Shown: positions 57,094 through 64,000 of the stretch, one piece after another
Layout of the letters: every line of letters starts with the position of its first letter
Position numbering within the stretch: the stretch's first letter is position 1
Source: an uncultured Bdellovibrionales bacterium
Lineage (GTDB): Bacteria; Bdellovibrionota_C; UBA2361; OMII01
Assembly: GCA_964654585.1 (NCBI GenBank)
Contig: CAZZJR010000003.1
Location: 4,850 to 68,849, forward strand
Direction of reading: 5' to 3'
DNA: 64,000 nucleotides
Position numbers and translations under genes: made by a program
Notes under the pieces: model-generated
The model's database searches: none
What the model saw: only the letters and a program-made list of their open reading frames with translations
Told to the model about the DNA's origin: nothing

Positions 57094-59223
57094 TCACGAG
57101 CCGAATATGCGCTCCATCCAGTTGTAAGCGATCTGCAAAAAGTCTTTGTCGTTGCGGAACGGGTCCTGTTGCCGCATGGCAACTCGACGCTTGAGCTCAA
57201 CGTGCGGCAGGGCTGACACGAGCAGCTCCTCCGCGGCGTCTTGCGACGTCAGCGCTTCGCGAGATGCAAGCACCCGCAGCAGCACCTCCTCCTCGTGGGC
57301 CGAGAACGGCACCTGCCCTTCCCCAAGAGTCACCGCAGCACCTCGCAGGAAACCGAGGAATGACCGGTTTCCAACACTCAGGTAACCAGCTTCGATTCCC
57401 TTCGGGCCAACCACGACTGCGTGTCTAGCTTCCCACGTAAAGTGCCGGTCCCTAACAGGCAGTATCGACAGCGAGCAACGTCCACGCGGCAATTCGTCTA
57501 CCCACCACGAGATCGAGCCGGCGCACGAGAGGTCCCTGAGCTGTCCCGAGCGAATTAAGGCCTGTTGCCATTTGAGCGCCACCGAGTCCAACACCCGCAG
57601 AGTCTGAGGCGTCGCACTTCGGTCGACAGCAACTCGTGCGCCCGGAGCCTGCATGAGCATCCGAATGAACTCCTCAGCAGGCTGAGAGCCTCCCGCCAAG
57701 CACTCCTGAATGTACTCAGCCCGTTTCCTCACTGGCATAGCCTCGGGCGAAAGCGTCACTCGAACCCTGTCTCCCAGGCCATTTGCAGCGATAAAGACCC
57801 CTGCGAGGCTCTCATCGAGTGCAGCCTCGAGTCGCCAGCTTCGAGCCGGACTCGCGCCAATCCACGAAACCCGAAAGGGGTTCAACCCATTCACAACCGC
57901 GAGTATTCGAGCCTGCTCGACGGGACAGAAGAGCGAGAAGCGGTCTTGCCATCCTCCACGTTCTACCTGCAGCGTCGGATTGTCGCTCAATGCGTCGCGC
58001 AGCAGTGAGTTGATGCTCTCTGGAAAGTTGGCCGGGTCTGGCTTGAAGAGGCACAGGCCTCTCGCGCCCGGTAGGCGAACTGCCCGATCGAGGAGGTTCG
58101 AGAAGCGAGCGCTGTCTCGAGTGTCGAGCAGCTCGCGATAAATCGAGCCAAGCCGTCCCCGAGCGATAAACGGCACAGAGACCTCTGCTCGATACTCCGC
58201 TCCCGAGGTGGAGAATCCGGCCAACACCATGCGAGAGACCGAAACGCCGGGTCCCGAGCGCTCCATGCCAACCCAAACAATGCGCCCATCATCGAGGTCC
58301 CGGGGCTGCAAGTCTCTGCCTTCGGGCGCCAACGCCAGGGCCACTGGCTCAAGCTCTTCCGCCGTCGGCTTGAGCTCTTCGTCGGGTGTGTAAGCCAGCA
58401 GGCTCAAGAGGATACTGTCCGTTGGCGACCACGGCTCGCCATCGCGCTCGATCTCTTGGCGCCGTTCGAGCTCCTCCGCAATCGCTTTCAGAGCAACACC
58501 CCACTTCGCCGCGCGCATGCCGTACAGAATCGCCGAGAAATCAAATATCGCCTGGTCCACAGTGTCGAGGGTCACACGCTCGCCCTGACTATCGAGCAGA
58601 GGCCAGTTTAGCTTGACTGGAACAGCCTGGATCACCGCATGCGCGAGCGTACTCAAGTCCTGGCTTACCTCGAAGCGCACCACGGCCTGGTTGTTTCGGA
58701 GCGCAACGACCTCTTTCGTGCAAACACCGCGGACGAGATCGAGGAATGTCGTTGCTGGCCGTGATTTTATTGAAAACGAGGGCTCTAGCTCGTCTACTGA
58801 AGAGGCTCCGGGGATTTCGAGCGGGTTGCTCCGATTACGCTCAATCGGCTGCTGCGCGCTCTTGGAGGCCGCAGGCGATTGGGCCAGCGAGAAAACCAAC
58901 ATGTTCAGTGCCTCACGCCGCATGGAATCGCTCGAAGCGCGGTCGATAATCTGTGACACAGTGCTGGGAGAAAGGCGCAAAGCAGGCTCAAGGAGATGCG
59001 TCAGGTTGAATGCCGGACACTGCTCCTGCGGGAAGAGCGGATGCTTGCTCTCGACGATCAGCCCAGACACGGAGCGGTGAGGTCTGCCGCCCTGAACTGT
59101 TGCTCGCAGCCGGTACAGTGGCTCCTCGACCACGAGCTCAACTGAAGTGCTTGGCACCCCTGGTGACGCGCTCTCTGCGCCTTGCGCTCTGCGCCTTTCG
59201 TCCCTTGAACTCGTCGGATCCAC
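57094..59223 (-). CDS. Hypothetical 709-aa protein, upstream of and co-directional with the mqnD-like gene
   Basis: Long ORF with protein-like composition and no motif I recognise. Lies 20 nt upstream of mqnD. Confidence 0.6.
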   Translation of the reverse strand: MDPTSSRDERRRAQGAESASPGVPSTSVELVVEEPLYRLRATVQGGRPHRSVSGLIVESKHPLFPQEQCPAFNLTHLLEPALRLSPSTVSQIIDRASSDSMRREALNMLVFSLAQSPAASKSAQQPIERNRSNPLEIPGASSVDELEPSFSIKSRPATTFLDLVRGVCTKEVVALRNNQAVVRFEVSQDLSTLAHAVIQAVPVKLNWPLLDSQGERVTLDTVDQAIFDFSAILYGMRAAKWGVALKAIAEELERRQEIERDGEPWSPTDSILLSLLAYTPDEELKPTAEELEPVALALAPEGRDLQPRDLDDGRIVWVGMERSGPGVSVSRMVLAGFSTSGAEYRAEVSVPFIARGRLGSIYRELLDTRDSARFSNLLDRAVRLPGARGLCLFKPDPANFPESINSLLRDALSDNPTLQVERGGWQDRFSLFCPVEQARILAVVNGLNPFRVSWIGASPARSWRLEAALDESLAGVFIAANGLGDRVRVTLSPEAMPVRKRAEYIQECLAGGSQPAEEFIRMLMQAPGARVAVDRSATPQTLRVLDSVALKWQQALIRSGQLRDLSCAGSISWWVDELPRGRCSLSILPVRDRHFTWEARHAVVVGPKGIEAGYLSVGNRSFLGFLRGAAVTLGEGQVPFSAHEEEVLLRVLASREALTSQDAAEELLVSALPHVELKRRVAMRQQDPFRNDKDFLQIAYNWMERIFGS

Positions 59224-59415
59224 TGCTGTTACTCCTCCCCAGTGGGGCGGAGGCTACTATAGACAGGGCTCCTATTCCAAGCTCCCGAGCCTGCTCAAGC
59301 TGATGCAGTCTGATACCGACACCAACTCAATGGTGCCCCACATCAAAAAATTCCAGCTAGCGGCACAGAGGCACAGGCGCTACAACTAAAGGACACTTTC
59401 AACCCGGGCCCAGTC

Positions 59416-59667
59416 ATGGAACAGTTTGTTCTCGTAGGAGAGTTTGGCGACCAAGATGCGGTGAACCGTGCCTGCTCGGTGCTTGAGGCGCAGGATGTCC
59501 CGGTAATGGTAGACCACTGCCACCGACCCTCTGACGTTGGGAGCGAAGTTGTGTACCGGTTGCTCGTTCCGGTTGAGCTCTCGCAGCGTTCTCTGGCTGC
59601 GCTCTCCGGAATGCTGCCGAGCTTCGACAGTACCGAAGCGGCGAGCTCGTCTTTGCCTCACGCCTAA
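59416..59667 (+). CDS. DUF2007-like small protein (putative signal-transducing protein fold)
   Basis: The 83-aa sequence MEQFVLVGEFGDQDAVNRACSVLEAQDVPVMVDH...VVYRLLVPVE fits the DUF2007 pattern (M..V.L......EA.....LE..GI......). Confidence 0.5.
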   Translation: MEQFVLVGEFGDQDAVNRACSVLEAQDVPVMVDHCHRPSDVGSEVVYRLLVPVELSQRSLAALSGMLPSFDSTEAASSSLPHA

Positions 59668-60527
59668 CTAAAAAAAGTGTCCGCCAAGACCGCCAGAAAG
59701 AGCAGTACGCTCGCCAATCCATTACGGGTGAAGAACACCTGGTCGATACACTGTATCCCGCGAGCCGATATCGCGAAGTACTGGCTAGCGAGCAGCATCG
59801 AAAAGACTGAAAAGCCGATCCAGAAGAAAGCGCCCAGCTCGAAACTGGCGCCGAAAAGAGCCAGGAGCACGATCGAGCAGCCGTGCAGAGCTGCTGCGAA
59901 GACGATGGCGCCTGTAACGCCGACCTGGGCCGGCACACTGCGCAATCCCGACGAGCGATCGAAGTCTCGATCCTGGCAGCTGTAGAGGATATCAAAGCCT
60001 GCCACCCAACACAGCACGGCTGCCATGAGCGGAAGAGGCTTTGCAGACCATTCGCCAGTTAGGGCGTACCAGACACCACCAGGAGCGCAGGCTAGAGCGA
60101 GACCCAGCACAAAGTGACACGAAGCTGAGACGCGCTTCATGAGCGAATACCCAAAGAGCAGCATCAGCACCGCGGGAGCAAGCACGAGGCAGTGCCTGCC
60201 GATCAGCCCCGCCGCCACGACAAAAGCTACAGCACTCGCCACAGCAAGGAGCCACGCCTCGCGCATCGACACCGTACCTTTCGGTATCTCGCGCCCTGCT
60301 GTGCGCGGATTACGGCGATCGATCTCACAGTCGATAATGCGGTTAAAAGCCATCGCGCTCGTGCGCGCAGCCACCACGCACACAATCATCAACGCGAGAA
60401 CTATCGGAGAAACCGGCATCGAGCGCGATAGCACCGCCGCCATCATCAGGGCGAACGGGAGCGCAAAGACTGAGTGCGAGAACTTTACGAGGGAGCCCCA
60501 GGTTGCGATCCGAGCAGAGAGGTTCAT
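59664..60527 (-). CDS. UbiA-family aromatic prenyltransferase (MqnP/UbiA-like)
   Basis: UbiA motifs NRIIDCEIDRRNPRTAGR (NxxxDxxxD) and a second D-rich motif, with about 8 TM helices. The ORF-track start at 60596 overlaps ubiX. ATG at 60527 (MNLSARIATW...) gives 287 aa. Confidence 0.8.
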   Translation of the reverse strand: MNLSARIATWGSLVKFSHSVFALPFALMMAAVLSRSMPVSPIVLALMIVCVVAARTSAMAFNRIIDCEIDRRNPRTAGREIPKGTVSMREAWLLAVASAVAFVVAAGLIGRHCLVLAPAVLMLLFGYSLMKRVSASCHFVLGLALACAPGGVWYALTGEWSAKPLPLMAAVLCWVAGFDILYSCQDRDFDRSSGLRSVPAQVGVTGAIVFAAALHGCSIVLLALFGASFELGAFFWIGFSVFSMLLASQYFAISARGIQCIDQVFFTRNGLASVLLFLAVLADTFFS

Positions 60528-60540
60528 GCTTCCCCGGAAC

Positions 60541-61152
60541 TTACTTCTCCGGCTCCTTCCAGCGCCGGCCGAGCGAATGTTCGACACCCATCGCATCGAG
60601 AACTTTCATGACGAACTGGTCAACCAGCTCCTCGACAGATTTCGGCCGGCTGTAGAAGCCAGGCATCGCCGGGACTACAGTTACGCCGCACTGGCTTAGG
60701 GTGAGCAGGTTCTTAAGGTGTATCTGGGAAAGAGGTGTCTCGCGCGGGACCACTACGAGCTTCCGGCCCTCTTTCATGGTTACGTCCGCAGCGCGGTGAA
60801 CGAGGTGCGTGGGAATCCCGTGAGCTATAGCACCGAGAGTCGACATCGAGCACGGGACAACCACCATCCCAGCAGTGAGCATCGAGCCAGAAGCGATGCG
60901 AGCGCCGATGTCTCGCGGATTGTAGAAGAATACATTTGCAGCCTCTGCGCCACACAGCTTCTCGTACGAGAGCGCCGCGCCACTCACAGCCACCCCTTCC
61001 TCGTCGTTGAGAACCCGCAGCGCAGCTTCGGAGAACACCACGTGCACCTCTCCGACAAGCTCAGGAAGCACCTGCAAAAGGCGCACAGCGTAGCGCACGC
61101 CACTGGCACCAGTGACACCAACTACCCAACGCTGCTCACTCTGCTGTTTCAC
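60541..61152 (-). CDS. ubiX: Flavin prenyltransferase UbiX (UbiX/Pad1 family)
   Basis: 203 aa with an N-terminal VVGVTGASG Rossmann motif, the conserved VVVPCSMSTL, and other UbiX signatures. Confidence 0.85.
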   Translation of the reverse strand: MKQQSEQRWVVGVTGASGVRYAVRLLQVLPELVGEVHVVFSEAALRVLNDEEGVAVSGAALSYEKLCGAEAANVFFYNPRDIGARIASGSMLTAGMVVVPCSMSTLGAIAHGIPTHLVHRAADVTMKEGRKLVVVPRETPLSQIHLKNLLTLSQCGVTVVPAMPGFYSRPKSVEELVDQFVMKVLDAMGVEHSLGRRWKEPEK

Positions 61153-61485
61153 AAATATCTCTCCTCTGGGCGACGCCAGACTTTACCACGCAACAAGCAC
61201 CTACTCCACCGGCGGAAGATGGCTGAATATACGCGATTTTTCCGGCTTCGACCTGCTTCTGCACGTGCGGGCACCTTCCCGTGGAAAATCCCTCATCAGA
61301 GTTCACACTGCCTTCGGGCGGGCTGATCGGAACCGGAGCCGTTGCCGTGGCCGCTCCCGCTTAGTGGAGCAGACTTCACGACACCTCTTGCCCGGGCACG
61401 GCAACGGGAACGGTTCCGGCTCCGCTGCGCTTAGCGGGAGCCAGCTGCTTGTCGGGGACGTTCACGTGCACTTTGATTACGCGTA

Positions 61486-62208
61486 TCAGCCCGTCTTGCG
61501 AGCGATGTAGATAAACGCGACTCCGCCGCTGACGCTGCGGGTGGAGAGCGGAACCCAGCCGGCTTGGCGCAGGAGATCTTCAAAGAGTGCGCCACACGGG
61601 AAAACAGCGGAGGTCTTCGGAAGGTACTCGTAGGCAGCGCGTTCGCCTGAGATCAGGCCGCCTACCCACGGGATCACGACTCGCGAGTACCACCCGAACA
61701 CCGCCCCCCAGAGCCGATTCCGAGCCTGGCCGAACTCAAGGATGGCGAGCGTTGCGCCTGGCTTGCAGACCCGCAGCGCCTCTCTGAGCGCCTTGAGCCT
61801 GTCGGGCACGTTCCGGATTCCGTAGGCGATTGTGACGGCGTCGAACGACTCATCAGAGAAAGGGAGCGATTGCGCGTCAGCCTCAACCCACTCGCAACTG
61901 GCAATCCGCTTGTGACGGCGCTTCCCCACTGCGAGCATCTGCGGCGAGATATCGGCCGCAACGACCTTTCCGCACCGTTGGCTCAAGCGCGGCACGAGAG
62001 CTCCGGTACCCGTGCAGAGATCGAGGAAGGTCGCATCGGGGTCTCTCGGAAGGAGCGATATGAGCTTCCCCTCCCAGAGCCAGTTTATCCCGAAGCTCAA
62101 AACGCGGTTGAGCGCGTCGTAGGTCGGCGCGATGCGATCAAACATCCTGCGAACCTCCTGCGTGTCCGAGGGCTGGCCGGCTTCAGTGATCGGGGCGACT
62201 CTCTCCAT
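61486..62208 (-). CDS. ubiE: Demethylmenaquinone/ubiquinone methyltransferase UbiE/MenG
   Basis: 240 aa. The FDRIAPTYDALNRVLSFG motif is the UbiE/MenG signature. SAM-binding LDLCTGTG. Confidence 0.9.
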   Translation of the reverse strand: MERVAPITEAGQPSDTQEVRRMFDRIAPTYDALNRVLSFGINWLWEGKLISLLPRDPDATFLDLCTGTGALVPRLSQRCGKVVAADISPQMLAVGKRRHKRIASCEWVEADAQSLPFSDESFDAVTIAYGIRNVPDRLKALREALRVCKPGATLAILEFGQARNRLWGAVFGWYSRVVIPWVGGLISGERAAYEYLPKTSAVFPCGALFEDLLRQAGWVPLSTRSVSGGVAFIYIARKTG

Positions 62209-62493
62209 ACGGGGACGATCAGTAACACAGGGGGGCTTTTTAAGAAATTACAGGCCGCTTCTTAATGCCGGCCGGTCGCGGGCACCTGCAATCCCTCTAA
62301 AACAGGGAACCCACCACTCTCTCCGCTGCGGGCGCTTCGAGTCCTCTGTCACCCCCCTGCCGAACCTTACAGCCCCACCGAATCGCCTACAGCACAGCGG
62401 CCGCAAATCCTGTCATACCTCAAGAATGATCGGATTATCATCCGCTGGTTTTGCCCGCACGACGCGGGGCTGCACACTCTTCGGGACGCTCTC

Positions 62494-63726
62494 ATGAGAT
62501 TTTTCAATCATCTTCAGGCAAGGCATCCTTTAGCCCTACTTCTTCTCGCCTCAATCTCCCTCCTGGCCGCATCGCGCCCCTGTTCGGCGCACGCACAAAC
62601 CGGCTACCGAGTGCTGCGCGCAATACCCCCACCCCAGCAGGTCGCTGACCTAGCGGTTGGTCCTGACGGGCTCCTGTACGCCGGCGTCAGGGGTGGCATA
62701 CAGGTGAGCACAACCACGGGTCAGCTCGTTCGAGAGATATCGAGCTCGGACTTGGAGGTGGCCCTCCAGGTAAGCAGTTTTTCACCCTCTGCACTTGCCT
62801 TCGACCGGGACGGCATTCTGCATGCGATGAACGGCCTCGGAGGGCTCGTTGCTCGCTTCCGAGACGGATCTCTCGTCTCGTCCTTCACTGTTGAAGATCC
62901 AAGCGCGCCCCAGAGAAAGGACGCTTACGACATGGCTATTGCCTCCGACGGAACGTACTTCTTTATCACGGCGGGTCCGGCAGAAAATTCGTACGGCCTC
63001 TTCTACGGACTCCAGAAGCATGATGCCTCTGGCAATCACCTATTCACGATTCCGAAGGAGTCGATATCGAGCGATCTCTCGGCACGACTCTCGGCCGTTG
63101 CGCTGAGCGGCCGAGGTGACGTGCACGTGGTGGTGCATGCGCAGACCGGGGTGTCCGTCGAGGTGTTTAGCTCTACCGGCCTGCACCTGCGTCGCCTCAA
63201 GATGCCCAAGGGCATCGATCCAGAGAGCATCTTCAACATCGCGAGCGACCAGGCCGGCAATATAGTTGTGAATACCCGGCTCAACAGCAGAGAACCTGTC
63301 TTAGTCACATTCTCTCCCGAGGGCGTTGCGCTCAAAACAAACATCGGAGGGTTTGAGCACCCTGCCCATCTGGCTACGATGGGACACTTTGAAGACCTGA
63401 GCGGGCTCGCATTTGATGCGCTCGGGAATCTCTACACCTCGTCGCAGCTCTCTTCGGAGCCGATCGTGGCCTACAAGCTCAACCCGAGCGCGCGGATTTT
63501 CTTCCGTCTTACCCCCGAGCGTCGCTCGAAGAGCCGCACCGCGGAATTTAAGTTCGCCACAGACCGGGGCTCTGATACATTCGAGTGCTCCCTCGATGGA
63601 GCCCCGTTTGCTGTGTGTTCTTCGACCAAACGCTACAGCCAGCTTCGGCGTGGCAAACACTCCTTCAGAGTTAGGGTCCGTGGGGAGAATCGGACCACTA
63701 AAACGGAGAGGTGGACCGTTCTTTAG
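62494..63726 (+). CDS. Secreted beta-propeller (NHL/SMP-30-like repeat) protein
   Basis: 410 aa. Signal peptide (ALLLLASISLLAASRPCSAHA), then repeated units with DG.LY / D..GN.Y-type propeller-blade motifs (DGLLYAG, DGILHAMNG, DGTYFFI, GNIVVNT, GNLYTSS). Confidence 0.6.
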   Translation: MRFFNHLQARHPLALLLLASISLLAASRPCSAHAQTGYRVLRAIPPPQQVADLAVGPDGLLYAGVRGGIQVSTTTGQLVREISSSDLEVALQVSSFSPSALAFDRDGILHAMNGLGGLVARFRDGSLVSSFTVEDPSAPQRKDAYDMAIASDGTYFFITAGPAENSYGLFYGLQKHDASGNHLFTIPKESISSDLSARLSAVALSGRGDVHVVVHAQTGVSVEVFSSTGLHLRRLKMPKGIDPESIFNIASDQAGNIVVNTRLNSREPVLVTFSPEGVALKTNIGGFEHPAHLATMGHFEDLSGLAFDALGNLYTSSQLSSEPIVAYKLNPSARIFFRLTPERRSKSRTAEFKFATDRGSDTFECSLDGAPFAVCSSTKRYSQLRRGKHSFRVRVRGENRTTKTERWTVL

Positions 63727-63874
63727 AGATCGCCCCTTCGACCGGTGCGAGCAGAAAGAGCTCTCCGGCGCTCGTCGGTTCCCAGTGCCGATCAGTTGCG
63801 CATGCAGCAAGTGTTGAGGGGGGAAGAAACACCCCTCTTCCGCCTCTTACCCCCTCGCGCTACGATTCCACGGT

Positions 63875-64000
63875 ATGTCGCCCCGCCCCCTTCTAGACTC
63901 AGTCATCTTCGGCCTAGTTCGCATCACCCCGGCTCTCATCGCCTTGGCGGTCGTTCGCTTCCCGGAAGATCCTTCCGCCGCCACCCTCTTCGTGCAACGC
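63875..64000 (+). CDS. Partial ORF (N-terminus only), possible membrane protein. Continues beyond the window
   Basis: ATG at 63875 opens a frame with no stop before the window end (MSPRPLLDSVIFGLVRITPALIALAVVRF...). Too short to classify. Confidence 0.25.
   Translation, partial: MSPRPLLDSVIFGLVRITPALIALAVVRFPEDPSAATLFVQR

Noticed and set aside
61112-61510. Plus-strand 132-aa ORF spanning the ubiX-ubiE spacer
   Set aside because: It overlaps the ubiX start and ubiE end and has G/S/R-rich odd composition. The region is better explained as a structured non-coding spacer.
63780-63870. Hairpin gaggggg-gaagaaaca-cccctc downstream of the NHL-repeat gene as its terminator
   Set aside because: The stem is short and there is no following T-run. 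This is too weak to annotate.

Overview
This is a 64-kb high-G+C bacterial chromosomal segment, roughly 60-65% G+C by eye. It is densely packed with housekeeping genes and contains no detectable mobile elements, CRISPR arrays, rRNA or tRNA genes. The main blocks, in order, are as follows.
(1) der(partial)-rnc on the minus strand, a divergent polytopic membrane protein, and a cysteine desulfurase-mnmA pair.
(2) A small ComEA-like protein and a GT4 glycosyltransferase.
(3) A long co-directional minus-strand block: tilS-ftsH-cdaA-cdaR-glmM-nnr-tsaE-lysC. This includes a complete c-di-AMP cyclase operon.
(4) hsp20 and doxX, then a Bat-type aerotolerance operon (moxR-DUF58-x-batA-batB/C fusion-batD).
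(5) nadA, an orphan and apparently lower-G+C 746-aa FtsK/HerA/VirB4-VirD4-superfamily ATPase with a large unknown N-domain, crcB, and thiamine pyrophosphokinase with a stand-alone FlhB C-domain protein.
(6) A minus-strand operon encoding a reduced type-III/flagellar-type export gate: FliJ/FliK-like protein, FliP/SctR, FliQ/SctS, FliR/SctT, and an FlhB/SctU that stops exactly at the NPTH autocleavage site. This runs directly into a 1036-aa GAF/PAS hybrid histidine kinase.
(7) Split putA (proline dehydrogenase plus P5C dehydrogenase), a HEAT-repeat protein, DedA, a kinase-like phosphotransferase, and ftsY-smc.
(8) pgsA, a lytic transglycosylase, a 500-bp ORF-free AT-richer region with a terminator hairpin, and a futalosine-type menaquinone cluster (mqnD-like, a 709-aa unknown, ubiA-like, ubiX, ubiE/menG).
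(9) A secreted NHL/beta-propeller protein.
The candidate most worth follow-up is the minimal T3SS/flagellar-export-like locus with its naturally split FlhB and co-transcribed sensor kinase. The orphan ATPase next to crcB is a second candidate. All calls were made by eye from the translated ORFs and motif knowledge. No database searches were run.
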